A stretch of DNA of 64,000 nt from an uncultured delta proteobacterium (GCA_963803435.1 CAWDML010000003.1:1024001-1088000); one strand, 5' to 3'; positions 29,694 through 40,287 are shown, counted from the stretch's first letter. Notes: a model not told the origin generated them from the sequence alone. Made by a program: numbers and translations.

Positions 29694-31523
29694 ATGATCG
29701 TGCCCGACTACGGCAGTATCCGGGTCACCCTGGCGAAGAAGGACGACCAGCCGCCGAAGCGCCGGCGGACCACGCAGCCCGGGCACGTGGACATCCTGCT
29801 GCCCGAGCAGCAGCGGGTGAGCCCCGGCGAGGTCGCGCGGCCGGAGCCGGTCCCTGCGCTCTCGGAGTCGGACGAGCGGATCCGACGCCTGCCCCCGAAT
29901 CTGGGGACCCTCGGCCGCGGTCGGATCTTCGTCCAGAGGCCGCCCGGAGCCGTGGATCCCGCGGCCACGCCCGCGCCTCCCGCCGTGGTGGCGCCCGTAC
30001 CTCGGCGGCGCTGGCCCTGGCTCCTGCTCGCGCTCCTCGTGTTCGTTGCCGGCGCTGCCGGCGGGGTGTTCCGCGATCGGATCTTCCCGCCGGAGAAGCC
30101 AAAGCCCGTGCACGTCGCGCCCGTCCAGGAGGTCGCGCGGACGCCGCTGGCGCAGATTCCTCCGGCGGCCACGTTCTTCAACTCGGGCCCGTTCGACGAG
30201 CAACGCCTCGGCGACGCCTTCTTCGCGCCGGACGGCCGCCGCTACGCGTTCCTCTTCCGCGAGGGGGGCGAGTACGGCTTCGCCGGCGCCGGACGGGAGA
30301 AGACGCCCAACATGCTCGATCTGAACGGGCGGCGCATTCACCTCGGGATTGCGGTCGCGCAGGAGGCGAGCGCCCGTCGCGCCGGCTACTTCCCGGCGAC
30401 GGACCGCTTCTGGTACCTCGCCCGCACGGGCGACGGCCAGCGGCTGATCCTCGAGGACGATCAGAGCGAGGTCTTCGACACCATCGGCGCGCCCATCGAG
30501 GCGCTGCACGACAAGGAGATTGGCTACACCGGCAAGCGCGGCGACCACTGGTTCGTGATCGTCGGCGACTGGACCAGCGCCCCGTACGACGCGCCGATCC
30601 GCGGGCCCTGGTTCAGCCCGAACGGGGACGGCTTCGCGTTCCTGGTGGGCGGCGACGGCGAGCGCCTGCGGCGCGGACAACGGCAGGTCGTGATCTGCGA
30701 CCTCGCCACCAAGGCCTGCGACAAGCGCCCGAACAACCCCGCCCGTGCGATCGAGGAGTTCCTTCAGGTCGGCAACGAGGACGAGCTCTTCTTCGCCCTC
30801 GATTGGTATGGGCGCGAGTCGACCGGCGACGCCAACGAGGACCTGGAGAAGATGGCGATCTCCAAGCGGGGCGGCCGGTGGCAATATGCGGTCATCACGA
30901 GGGCGAGCGCCAGCCTGGTCGACGTTCCGCTCGGCGAGCAGGCCGTCGATCTGGGGGAGCTCGCCGAACGATCCGGGATCGATCGCCCCTGGGTGGACCG
31001 CATCGTCGTCAGCCCCGACGGTCAGAGCATCGCGATGGTGGTGGCCGGCCGCAATTACGTCGCCGGGGACGGCATCATGCTCCACCGGACCAAGGACGGT
31101 CAGGTGGAGACCGTGCCGGAGTACGTGCGCTGCAAGTTCGCTTCGCGACCGTTCGCCCGCCGCGACTGGCTGGTGATGAGCAAGGACGAATCGAAGATCG
31201 CCTACTGCACGCTCGAGCCCGCGGTCGGTGAGCGCGTGGTGATCAATGAGCACAAGCTGAAGCCGTACACGTTCGTGATGAGCCGGCCCGTCTTCTCCCC
31301 GGACGGGCAGACCGTCGCTTACTTCGCGATCCAGGAGCGCAAGTGGTACCTCGTGGCAGGCCTCCGGGAGGAGGGCCCCTACGACGAGCTCTTCGGCGAG
31401 CCCCACTTCAGCGCGGACGGCAACCACATCTGGTACGGCGCTCGGCGTGGCCGCACGATCTACTTCGTGAAGCTCTCATTGAAACCGCTCGCGCAACCCG
31501 CGGACGCGACCGTGGATCTCTGA
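29694..31523 (+). CDS. membrane-anchored protein with TolB/WD40-like propeller repeats
   Basis: Pro-rich cytoplasmic N-terminus, TM helix (RRRWPWLLLALLVFVAG), repeated FSPDG/FAPDG/FSADG motifs. Confidence 0.7.
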   Translation: MIVPDYGSIRVTLAKKDDQPPKRRRTTQPGHVDILLPEQQRVSPGEVARPEPVPALSESDERIRRLPPNLGTLGRGRIFVQRPPGAVDPAATPAPPAVVAPVPRRRWPWLLLALLVFVAGAAGGVFRDRIFPPEKPKPVHVAPVQEVARTPLAQIPPAATFFNSGPFDEQRLGDAFFAPDGRRYAFLFREGGEYGFAGAGREKTPNMLDLNGRRIHLGIAVAQEASARRAGYFPATDRFWYLARTGDGQRLILEDDQSEVFDTIGAPIEALHDKEIGYTGKRGDHWFVIVGDWTSAPYDAPIRGPWFSPNGDGFAFLVGGDGERLRRGQRQVVICDLATKACDKRPNNPARAIEEFLQVGNEDELFFALDWYGRESTGDANEDLEKMAISKRGGRWQYAVITRASASLVDVPLGEQAVDLGELAERSGIDRPWVDRIVVSPDGQSIAMVVAGRNYVAGDGIMLHRTKDGQVETVPEYVRCKFASRPFARRDWLVMSKDESKIAYCTLEPAVGERVVINEHKLKPYTFVMSRPVFSPDGQTVAYFAIQERKWYLVAGLREEGPYDELFGEPHFSADGNHIWYGARRGRTIYFVKLSLKPLAQPADATVDL

Positions 31524-31538
31524 CAGGCCCGTCGATCG

Positions 31539-32992
31539 ATGCTCTTCAACTCGGTCCCGTTCCTGATCTTCTTCCCGATCGTCGTCGCGGCCTACTTCAT
31601 CGTCCCGTTTCGCGCGCGATGGCTCCTGCTCCTCGCGGCCTCCTACTACTTCTACATGCAGTGGGAGCCGAGCTACGCGATCCTGATCGTGATCTCGACC
31701 AGCCTCGACTACCTGGCGACGATGATGATGAGGAACAAGGCGTCGAAGGCCGAGCGTCGCCCCTGGCTGTTCGTCAGCCTGGCCGGCAACCTGGGGATGC
31801 TCTTCTTCTTCAAGTACTACAACTGGTTCAACCAGAACCTGATCGACGTGACCGGGCACGATCTCCTGCCCTTCTCGAACCTCCTCCTGCCAGTGGGGAT
31901 CAGCTTCTACACGTTCCAGTCTCTCAGCTACACCATCGACGTCTACCGCGGGCGCCTCGAGGCGGAGACGCACCCCGGCGTGTTCGCGCTCTACGTCGCG
32001 CTACTTCCCGCAGCTGGTGGCCGGCCCGATCGAGCGTGCCAAGAGTCTCCTCCCGCAGCTCAAGAGCGAGCACCGCTTCGACTACAAGAACGCAACCGAC
32101 GGCCTCAAGCTGATGGCTGTGGGGCATGTTCAAGAAGGTCTGTGTGGCGGACCGCCTGGCGCCCTTCACCAAGGCGGTCTTTCACGGCGATCCGCACGCG
32201 TTCCCCGGATCGGTCTTGACGCTGTCGGCCGCGTTCTTCTGCCTGCAGGTCTACTGCGACTTCTCGGGCTACTCCGACATCGCCTGCGGGTCGGCGCAGG
32301 TGATGGGCGTCCGGTTGATGGAGAACTTCCGGCGTCCGTTCTTCTCACGAAGCATCGAGGAGCTGTGGAGGCGCTGGCACATGTCGCTGGTCGGCTGGAT
32401 CAACGACTACGTCTACCAGCCGATCGCCTACGCGGCGCGGCGGGCCTCCAGCGCGCGCAAGCAGCTCAACGTGGTCTTCGTCTTCCTGGTCACCGGGCTG
32501 TGGCACGGCGCCAGCTGGAAGTTCGTGGCCTGGGGCGGTCTCAACGGCCTCATGGTGGTCGCGCACGTGGTCTCGCTCCCGGTTCGGCGCCGGACGATCG
32601 AGGTGCTCCGCCTCGATCGGATCCCTCGCCTCCACGCGGCCTTCTCCATCGCGTTCACGTTCATGCTCTTCTCGTTGGGCTCGGTCTTCTTCGCGGCGAA
32701 GGACTTCACCTCGGCCGCCGCCATCTTCCGTGGTCTACCCTTCGGCTGGGGCGACCTCGCCGGCCTGAAGTCGGCGCTCCTCGGCGGCGGCGCCTCGAAC
32801 CTGCTGCTGCTGGCCGGCGGTATCGCCATCCTGATGGCGGGTGACATCCTCCAGGAGAAGACGGGCGGCGTGCGCCTGTGGCTCTCCTCTCGTCCCGGCT
32901 GGGTCCGCTGGTCGCTCTACTACGGGCTCGTCCTCTGGATCGTGCTGTTCGGTGTGTTCGAGCGCGAGGAGTTCGTGTACTTCCAGTTCTAG
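31539..32992 (+). CDS. MBOAT O-acyltransferase (AlgI/DltB-like), two apparent frameshifts
   Basis: MLFNS..FL, FKYYNW, LPVGISFYTFQSLSYTIDVY; FPQLVAGPIER in a second frame (~32000-32120); KKV..AD, YCDFSGYSDIA, WRRWHMSL, GLWHGA, FVYFQF in a third frame. Confidence 0.9.
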
Positions 32993-32999
32993 GTTCCGG

Positions 33000-33603
33000 A
33001 TGGCGCTCTCGCCCAAAGACGTTCGCCTCATCCGCCTGTTCGCCGCGATCGTCCTGGCGCGCTGGGACGAGGTGGAGTCGATCCGCCGCGCCGCGCCGGG
33101 AGGCGAGCCCGACGTCGCCTGGCGGGAAGCCGTCCTGCAGACCCAGCTCTTTGCCGGGATCCCGCGTACGGTGGAGGCCTTCGAGGTGCTGGAGCGCGCC
33201 GGCGGGCTCGGGTCCCCCGCGCCGGACGAGGGCGCTCGGTGCGTGGACGACGGCCGTGCGCTCTTTGATCGCATCTATGCCGAGCTCGCCGACGACGTGG
33301 TCGCGCGCCTGGACGGCTTCCACCCCGAGCTCGCCGGATCGATCCTGGATCACGCCTACGGCCGCATCCTCTCGCGACCGGGTCTGTCGCCGGATCGCCG
33401 GGAGCTGCTCGCGGTGGTGGCGCTCGCGATCACGCGCGCAAGAGCGACAGCTCATGAGCCATCTCCGAGGCGCGGTCCGCTGCGGCGCGACTGCCGGCGA
33501 GGTCCGCGCGGCGCTCGGCGCGGTCGCCGATCTGATGGACGCGCCCGCGCGCGCCGCCGTGCGATCGCTGGTCGAGCGCTTCGCCTCCGGGGGACCGCGG
33601 TGA
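33000..33603 (+). CDS. carboxymuconolactone decarboxylase (CMD/AhpD)-like protein, apparent frameshift near 33440
   Basis: EAVLQTQLFAGIPR; AYGRILSRPGLSPDRRELLAVVAL continues as QLMSHLRGAVRCGAT in another frame. Confidence 0.75.
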
Positions 33604-34547
33604 AGGAGGTCCTCCGGGATCTGGCCGGCTCCGCGCTCGGGCTGGTCGGGATCACCTCGCCGAGCCGCCTCGGTCGGGACCGCCTCACGGTGGCGACCTT
33701 CCACCGCGTGCTCCCGGAGGTCGAACGCAACCGCTATCCCTATCCGATGCTGGCGGTGACGCCCGAGGAGCTCGGCGGGCTCCTCGACTTCTTCTCGGCC
33801 CACTTCCTCTGCACCACGCTGGCCGGTGCCTTCCGCCTCTTCTCGCTCGACGTTCGGCCCGAACGCCCCCTCCTGGCGCTCACGTTCGACGACGGCCAGC
33901 TCGACAACTTCGTGCACGCGCGGCCCGCCCTCGAGTCGCGCAACCTGCGAGCGACCTTCTACGTCCCGTTCGAGGCGATCGAGCGGCGGGAGCCGCTCTG
34001 GCACGACCGCCTGGGCTTCGCGCTGATGGCCGCAGGCGAGGGCGATCGCGTGGCGGAGCGCGTCGAGGAGGCGAAGACGTGGAGCCCGGAGGTGCGAGCA
34101 CAGGCGGTCGCGCGCCTATCGACGGCCGCGATCCCGGACTGGGCCTCTCTCATGACGTGGGATCAGGTGCGGACCCTCGCCGCCGCGGGGCACGAGATCG
34201 GATCGCACTCGCTGTCGCACGCACTGCTCCCGCAGCTCGACGACGCCGCGATCGAGCGCGAGGTCGCCGGCTCGAAGGCGGCGATCGAGGCGAAGATCGA
34301 TCGCCCGCTCGCGTCGTTCTGCTATCCGAACGGCGACACCGACGATCGCGCCGCCCGCGCCGTCGCGCACGCGGGATATGCCTGTGCGGTCACCACCCAA
34401 TGGGGCGTGAACAATCGAGGGAGCGATCCGTTTCGCCTCAGGCGGTTCGACATGAACCCCCGGTATTCGATCTCCCGCAGCGGACGCCTCTCGCCGTCGC
34501 GCGTCGCCTGGCGCATGAGCGGGCTCCATCCGGGTCTCCGGTTCTGA
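33600..34547 (+). CDS. polysaccharide deacetylase (CE4/NodB family)
   Basis: TFHRV, LTFDDG, ATFYV, MTWDQV, EIGSHSLSH, FCYPNG; GTG 33600 overlaps the upstream stop. Confidence 0.9.
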   Translation: MKEVLRDLAGSALGLVGITSPSRLGRDRLTVATFHRVLPEVERNRYPYPMLAVTPEELGGLLDFFSAHFLCTTLAGAFRLFSLDVRPERPLLALTFDDGQLDNFVHARPALESRNLRATFYVPFEAIERREPLWHDRLGFALMAAGEGDRVAERVEEAKTWSPEVRAQAVARLSTAAIPDWASLMTWDQVRTLAAAGHEIGSHSLSHALLPQLDDAAIEREVAGSKAAIEAKIDRPLASFCYPNGDTDDRAARAVAHAGYACAVTTQWGVNNRGSDPFRLRRFDMNPRYSISRSGRLSPSRVAWRMSGLHPGLRF

Positions 34548-34592
34548 GCGTGCAGCCTGGCGCCCGGAATCGATCTATGCGATCACACCCGC

Positions 34593-35162
34593 ATGCGCGC
34601 GATCTCGATGGCGATCGCCTTGCTCGCCGGCTGCGGTAGCAGTCTGCCCTATGTCTGGGTGGACATGCTCCCGGCCGACAACTCCGACCCGGTGATCCAG
34701 ACCGGTGACGAGCTCACCGTGCTCGTGAAGGACCAGAAGGATCTCTCCGGCGCCTTCCCGGTGCTCCCGGACGGAACCTACGTGCAGCCCATCCTCGGGC
34801 CGGTGAAGGTGGCGGGCGTGACGCCCGTGGAGGCGTCCAAGCGGCTGGCCAACCTGCTCGAGGGCATCGTGGTCAAGCCGCTGGTGGCGATCACGATCAC
34901 CACGCCTCGGCCGATCAACGTCGCGATCATCGGCGAGGTCCGCACGCCCGGTAAGTACCCGGTGCGGCGGGGCGAGGGTGTGCTCGAGGTCCTGGCCGCC
35001 GCGGGTGGGATCAACGAGTTCGCCTCGGACGACGGCATCTACGTGCTCCGAAAGTATCCGAGCCGCCAGCGGGTCCGCTTTCGGTACAGCCGGCTGGTGG
35101 GCGGCGATCTCCGGAGCGTGCAGTTCGAGCTTCAAGACGGGGACATCATCGTGGTGGAATGA
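34593..35162 (+). CDS. short OPX (Wza-like) polysaccharide export lipoprotein
   Basis: Lipobox LAGC; IQTGDELTV, V.PDG, GPVKVAG.TP, VAIIGEVRTPG, LQDGDIIVVE; no C-terminal OM helix. Confidence 0.9.
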   Translation: MRAISMAIALLAGCGSSLPYVWVDMLPADNSDPVIQTGDELTVLVKDQKDLSGAFPVLPDGTYVQPILGPVKVAGVTPVEASKRLANLLEGIVVKPLVAITITTPRPINVAIIGEVRTPGKYPVRRGEGVLEVLAAAGGINEFASDDGIYVLRKYPSRQRVRFRYSRLVGGDLRSVQFELQDGDIIVVE

Positions 35163-35177
35163 TCGGGCGGAGCTCGG

Positions 35178-36494
35178 TTGTACCTCGCCGTCCCCATCCT
35201 CATCGGTCTGACCGCTTCGCAGTTCGAGGCCACGGCCAACATCGGCCTGCAGGCCGAGAACCGGACGGGTGAACGACCGCTGGCGGTGTCGGGTGAGCAG
35301 GCGCTGGTCAGCGAGTTCGAGGTGGTGCCGAGCGGAGCGCTGGCGTTTCGTTTCAAGCGAACGACGCTCAGCGTCTCGTACACGCCGCGGCTCTACACGC
35401 GGCTCGATCTCCGCGGGGGCAACACCAGCGAGTCGACGCGTCCGCTGTTCCTGCACGGCTTCTCGGCCGCGTTCACCCAGGCCTTCACGCACCGCTTCCG
35501 CATGAGTCTTTCGGGGTTCGGCTCGGTCGGGGAGGTCGACTACGGCAACGTCAATCTGGTCTCGGGCACGCCGCAACAGGTCCCACGCCAGGGCGCCCAG
35601 GGCACCACCCGGGGTACCTCGGCGGCGGGCAGCCTGCCGGCGAACCAGACCACGTTTGCCACCCAGAACTACGGCGGCAACCTGAGCTTCGTCTGGGACG
35701 TCGCGCGAAACCACACGATCACGCTGGGCGGCGGCGGCAACTACAACTCCTCTCTGGGCGTGAACGACACCTTCCCGGTGAACTACGGCGGCAGCGCCGA
35801 CCTCGGGTGGTCCTGGCGCTTCACTCCGAACTACGCCTTCAACCTGGGCGCGGCCTACGGCGAGACCCGCGTCGATCCGACCGGACCGGGGATCGGCCGC
35901 TTCCGCTCGGTCTCGATGAGCGCCGGCTTCGACGCCCGCTTCTCCCGCGTCTTCAACGCCAGCTTCGGCGGGGGCGCGCTGATCGCCGACAACCATCCGG
36001 CGCCCGACGCTGTGGCGATGACGCAGATCCAGCCGGGCATCTCCGCGATCCCCACCGGCAACGTGGCCTTTACGTTCATCCCCACCTCGGGGCGCGGCAA
36101 CTTTCACCTGACCACCACGTTCGGGGTCGGGCTCGAGGGCTTCGTCGATCCGCTGCAGGCGCAAGGCTTCACGCCGCGCGTGGCGCTGGCCTGGAACCTC
36201 AACCTGATCTTCTACCAGGACTGGAGCTTCACCCCCAACGCGTCGCTGTTCACGCCGGCCTCGCTGCATCCCCCGACCTGTCCGCAGGGCACCGATTGCA
36301 GCAATAGCCTCAACGAGACCCTGATCTCCGTCTCGGTGCCGCTCGCCTATCGCATCAACGACGGCCTCAGTATCGCGCTCGGCGCGCGCATCTCGCTGCG
36401 CGGGACGCACCTCGGCGCCGACCAGGTCCAGTTCCCCGATCGATTCATCCTCGGCTTTCTCTCGTTCACGGCTGGCGAAGCGATAAGGCTTTGA
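35178..36494 (+). CDS. outer-membrane beta-barrel partner of OPX (EpsX/WzpB-like)
   Basis: Alternating amphipathic beta-strands, LSVSYTPR; directly downstream of the short OPX gene. Confidence 0.7.
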   Translation: MYLAVPILIGLTASQFEATANIGLQAENRTGERPLAVSGEQALVSEFEVVPSGALAFRFKRTTLSVSYTPRLYTRLDLRGGNTSESTRPLFLHGFSAAFTQAFTHRFRMSLSGFGSVGEVDYGNVNLVSGTPQQVPRQGAQGTTRGTSAAGSLPANQTTFATQNYGGNLSFVWDVARNHTITLGGGGNYNSSLGVNDTFPVNYGGSADLGWSWRFTPNYAFNLGAAYGETRVDPTGPGIGRFRSVSMSAGFDARFSRVFNASFGGGALIADNHPAPDAVAMTQIQPGISAIPTGNVAFTFIPTSGRGNFHLTTTFGVGLEGFVDPLQAQGFTPRVALAWNLNLIFYQDWSFTPNASLFTPASLHPPTCPQGTDCSNSLNETLISVSVPLAYRINDGLSIALGARISLRGTHLGADQVQFPDRFILGFLSFTAGEAIRL

Positions 36495-38454
36495 CGTCGG
36501 CGGCGGCGGCCGCGCCGGCGTGGGACGGCTTCTTCGTCAGCAGCCCGGCCCGGTGCATCCGCTTGAGCTGGCGGAGGGCGGTGACGAGCATCGCGACCAC
36601 GAAGCCGACGCCGCCCATCGAGATGGCGCGGTTCATGATCTTCTTCCGCGCCGACACGAACTCGAGGTTCGGGGGCGTGATGATGTCGTAACGGGACTTG
36701 ATCGAGGCTCGCTCCAGATCGAGCTGCATCTTGGTGGTCTGCAGTGTCTCGAAGATCTGCGTGTGGAGCTTCTTGGTGGCGTCGTAGGTGCGGTTGAGCT
36801 CTGCATACTCCGCCTCGAGGTCGGGGAGGCGCTCGACGATCTGCTGCACGCGCTTCAGGTCCTTCTGCACGCGGGCGGCTTCCTGTCCGGCGATGCGCGC
36901 GGAGACCTGACGCTCGATCAGGGTCTTCTTCATCGTGTCGTGCAGCGGATTGCGGCGCTGCTCGATCAACGGCTCCTCCTTGGCCCGCTCGGAGAGCTCG
37001 CGGAGCTTCTGCGCCTGCTCCTCGAGCGCGATCACCTGGGGATGCTCGGGACCCTTGCCCTCCGCCTTGAGCGTCGCCAGCTGCCGGTTCGTCTCCACCA
37101 GCGCGTTCTGGTACGGCTGGGTCATCGTGATCTTGTCCTCGACCAGCGGCTTCTCCTCGGAGAGACGCTGCCGATCGAGCTCCACCTCGGCGTAGAGCCG
37201 GGCCGCCTGCATCGAGGCCTCGCTCTGCTGCGTGCGGAGCTGGAACAGATAGTCGTAGTACTGGCGGGCCTGGTCGGGCAGGCCGTCGATGTTCTCCTTC
37301 TTGAACTCGAGGAGCGCGGTCTCGGTGCGGCGGAGCTCCTTCTCGGAGTCTTCCAGCCGCTTGCTCAGGAACTCGGCCTCGAGGCGGATCTTCTTCAACG
37401 TCTTGTCGATCTCGGTCTCGAGATAGATCTCGAAGTGTTCCTTGAGGAACCGGACCGACCACTCGGGGTTCCGGTCGATGAACACGCCCTGATACGTGAT
37501 GGGCCCGTTCGGCTTGGGCACACCGACCACGTTGAACTCGAGGTTCTTCTGGATCTCCGCCAGCCGCTCGGCCGAGAGGTCGGTCTCGCCGAGGGCGCGC
37601 AGCGTCCGCTCGATCAGCGGCAGCGCCCGGAAGTTCTGCTCCGCGGAGGTGAAGAAGCCGACGTTCTGCCGGTTGTACGCCACCACCGGATTCTGGGCGG
37701 TCTCCGGCCGGAGGCTCACCTCGAAGACGGCCTTTCGCGGCGGCGGCTTGATGAAGTAACTGCCCGCGCCAGCCACCATGAACACGCAGGTCATGGCCAC
37801 GATCGACCGCCAGTAGGGGAGGAAGAACTGGAGGATCTTCTGGGCCTGCGAGAAGAGCTCCTTGAGGTTCAGCTCCTCGTCCTCTTCGGGCGCCGAAAGA
37901 CGTGCGTGGTACTCGGGCGGGAGCCCCGGCGGCGGCACGTGCGGATAGCCGACGTAGGGCGGTGCATAGGAGACGGGCACGTCGGGGCCCGCGCTCAGCA
38001 TCTTCCGGGCTGGGGCGTGCGGCTCCGCCGCAGCGTGTCCGTTCGGCGTCTCGGTTCCGCGCGCGCGATGGAGGGCCTGCTGGGCGTTTTGGCGGATCCC
38101 GCGCGGAACGGATTCGCTGCCCGGCGCCGTTCGTCCGACCTCGATCGTGCTCCTGTCCGTGACGTACTCGAAGATGGTCTCGCCGCACTGGATGAGGTCA
38201 CCGTCGTTGAGGAAGACCTCGGTGATCGGCTGGTTGTTCACGTAGGTCCCGTTTGTGGAACCCAGGTCACGGAGGAGATGGCGACCGTGCGAGATGATGA
38301 TCTGACAGTGCTGCGACGACACGCGATCGTCGTCCAGCTCGAGCTGGGCGCCGCCGCCGGCCCGACCCACGCACTGCTCGGTGTGATCGAGCGTGTACAA
38401 CCGGCCCATGTTGTTGCCGGTGCATACCCAAAGGTGTGCTTGCTGCCGGTTCAT
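36466..38454 (-). CDS. FHA-domain polysaccharide co-polymerase (Wzc/GumC-like, no kinase domain)
   Basis: N-terminal FHA (VGR, VSSQH, LRDLGSTNGTYVN); TM1; coiled coil with LLEFKKEN and LPDLEAEYAELNR; TM2; short tail. Confidence 0.85.
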   Translation of the reverse strand: MNRQQAHLWVCTGNNMGRLYTLDHTEQCVGRAGGGAQLELDDDRVSSQHCQIIISHGRHLLRDLGSTNGTYVNNQPITEVFLNDGDLIQCGETIFEYVTDRSTIEVGRTAPGSESVPRGIRQNAQQALHRARGTETPNGHAAAEPHAPARKMLSAGPDVPVSYAPPYVGYPHVPPPGLPPEYHARLSAPEEDEELNLKELFSQAQKILQFFLPYWRSIVAMTCVFMVAGAGSYFIKPPPRKAVFEVSLRPETAQNPVVAYNRQNVGFFTSAEQNFRALPLIERTLRALGETDLSAERLAEIQKNLEFNVVGVPKPNGPITYQGVFIDRNPEWSVRFLKEHFEIYLETEIDKTLKKIRLEAEFLSKRLEDSEKELRRTETALLEFKKENIDGLPDQARQYYDYLFQLRTQQSEASMQAARLYAEVELDRQRLSEEKPLVEDKITMTQPYQNALVETNRQLATLKAEGKGPEHPQVIALEEQAQKLRELSERAKEEPLIEQRRNPLHDTMKKTLIERQVSARIAGQEAARVQKDLKRVQQIVERLPDLEAEYAELNRTYDATKKLHTQIFETLQTTKMQLDLERASIKSRYDIITPPNLEFVSARKKIMNRAISMGGVGFVVAMLVTALRQLKRMHRAGLLTKKPSHAGAAAAADVKALSLRQP

Positions 38455-38835
38455 CGGCGCTCTCGTTCAAAGGTGATGAGAACCAGGGTCTTCGTGACAC
38501 GCCGCCTGGGAGTGAAGATTAACAGGCACGCGGACTTGAGACCACGCGACGGACGGCCCATCCCACCCACCTCTGGCCCAGAACCCATCGCCGCCGACAG
38601 TCCATTCCGGTGGTCGCCCCTTGTCACGGTCAAACCCCACCGAGGAAGGTCACTCGGGGTTCGGCCGTACCTGTCGGAGAGCCGTACTGTATCCAAGATG
38701 TCCTCCGACACCGAGAACGCCGTCACACGATGTTGCGTGCCTGCACTCCTCCTTGAGCAATCTGAGGGCGCGGGGAGCACGGCCCTCCGCGACGCAGGGG
38801 CTCGGTCCGGACTCCAGCGCGGGGTGTAGTCGGCG

Positions 38836-40284
38836 ATGCATAGGCGTCAGGCAGACCTTTTCGCGAAGGGGCTCATCGTCTTCGACGTGGCGATCAGCGT
38901 CGCCGCCTACCTGACCACGTTCTTCCTCCGCCAGCAGCTGGCGCTGGCGGCCAAGATGTCGCCCGGCTTCCCGTCTTGGCTCCAGGTGCCGCTCGTCACC
39001 GAGGCGACCTCCTATCACCTCGTGCTCCTGGCGCTCCCGCCGGTCTGGGGCGTCGCCCTCTACCTGTCGGGCTGTACCCAGTTCCGCGGGCGCTACGCCC
39101 ACATGTTCATGCGGCATGTGCGGGCGGTCGCGGTCGGCCTCGCCATCATGGTGGCCGGGCTCTTCCTCTTCAAGCTGCAGACGGTCGCCCGCTCCTTCGT
39201 GGTGGCCTTCGGGGTCGTGAACGTCGTGTTCCTCTCGCTGGGTCGGCTCGCGATCATGGAGACCGCCGCCTTCATCCGCCGCAAGCAGGTCGACGGCCAC
39301 CGGGTGTTGATCGTCGGGTGCGGGGAGATGGGTTACAACTTCGCGCGCTCCCTCCTCACGGATCGCACCTTCAACGTGCGGCTGCTGGGCCACGTGTGCG
39401 TCCCGAATGACGTCGACGATCCGCGCATCGAGGCCCCCATACTGGGGAAGATGGCCCAGCTCGACGAGGTGCTCGACAACGACGCCGTCGACGAGGTCGT
39501 GTTCGCGATCGGGGACGTCGATCAGGAGCTCCTCGCCAACGCGCTCCACTTCTGCGACGAGCGCGGCGTCGACGTGCTCCTGCCGCTGCCGCCGGCGCTG
39601 CCTGCCCGTGCCCGGGTCGAGATCGCGAACGTCGAAGGCTTCGACGTCCCACTGCTCGGGCTCCGCCGCACGCCGAGCGGAGAGGCCCGCCTCTTCTTCA
39701 AGCGGCTGCTCGACCTGGCCACGGTCTCCATCCTGATCCTGCTCAGCTCGCCCGTGATGTTCCTGGTCGCCCTCGCGATCCGTCTCGAGTCGAAGGGGCC
39801 GATCCTGTTCCGCCAGACGCGCTGTGGTCGCAACGGACGGACCTTTACGATGCTGAAGTTCCGCTCGATGGTGGCCGACGCCGAGGCGCAGAAGATGAAG
39901 CTCCTGCACCTGAACGAGATGAGCGGGCCCGTCTTCAAGATCCGGCGCGATCCGCGGATCACCCGCGTGGGGGCGTTCATCCGCAAGACCAGCCTCGACG
40001 AGCTCCCGCAGTTCTTCAACATCTTCCTCGGCGACATGAGCCTGGTGGGCCCGCGCCCGCCGATCCCCTCCGAGGTCGAGCAGTACAAGCCGTGGCAACG
40101 GCGCCGCCTCTCCGTGAAGCCGGGTCTCACCGGCTTGTGGCAGGTCTCGGGCAGGAACAACATCGACTTCGAGGAGTGGATGAAGCTGGACCTTCGCTAC
40201 ATCGACGAGTGGTCGCTCTGGCTGGACCTCAAGATCCTGCTGCGCACGTTGCCGGCCGTCTTTTCCAAGTCCGGCGCCAGCTGA
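38836..40284 (+). CDS. polyprenyl-phosphate glycosylphosphotransferase (WcaJ/EpsZ-like)
   Basis: N-terminal TMs, KRLLD, FRQTRCG, KFRSM, DPRITRVG, SLDELPQF, GDMSLVGPRP, KPGLTGLWQV. Confidence 0.95.
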   Translation: MHRRQADLFAKGLIVFDVAISVAAYLTTFFLRQQLALAAKMSPGFPSWLQVPLVTEATSYHLVLLALPPVWGVALYLSGCTQFRGRYAHMFMRHVRAVAVGLAIMVAGLFLFKLQTVARSFVVAFGVVNVVFLSLGRLAIMETAAFIRRKQVDGHRVLIVGCGEMGYNFARSLLTDRTFNVRLLGHVCVPNDVDDPRIEAPILGKMAQLDEVLDNDAVDEVVFAIGDVDQELLANALHFCDERGVDVLLPLPPALPARARVEIANVEGFDVPLLGLRRTPSGEARLFFKRLLDLATVSILILLSSPVMFLVALAIRLESKGPILFRQTRCGRNGRTFTMLKFRSMVADAEAQKMKLLHLNEMSGPVFKIRRDPRITRVGAFIRKTSLDELPQFFNIFLGDMSLVGPRPPIPSEVEQYKPWQRRRLSVKPGLTGLWQVSGRNNIDFEEWMKLDLRYIDEWSLWLDLKILLRTLPAVFSKSGAS

Positions 40285-40287
40285 CCG

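Noticed and set aside
28305-31427. 1040-aa extended aspartate kinase; similar long N-terminal extensions on ltaE, UbiD, DprE1 and the adhesin
   Set aside because: The extensions overlap neighbouring genes; family homology starts at the internal start codons reported.
38455-38835. Sigma-54 promoter or ncRNA in the divergent EPS intergenic region
   Set aside because: GGCACG..TTG spacing at ~38525 does not fit the -24/-12 consensus and no convincing structure was found.
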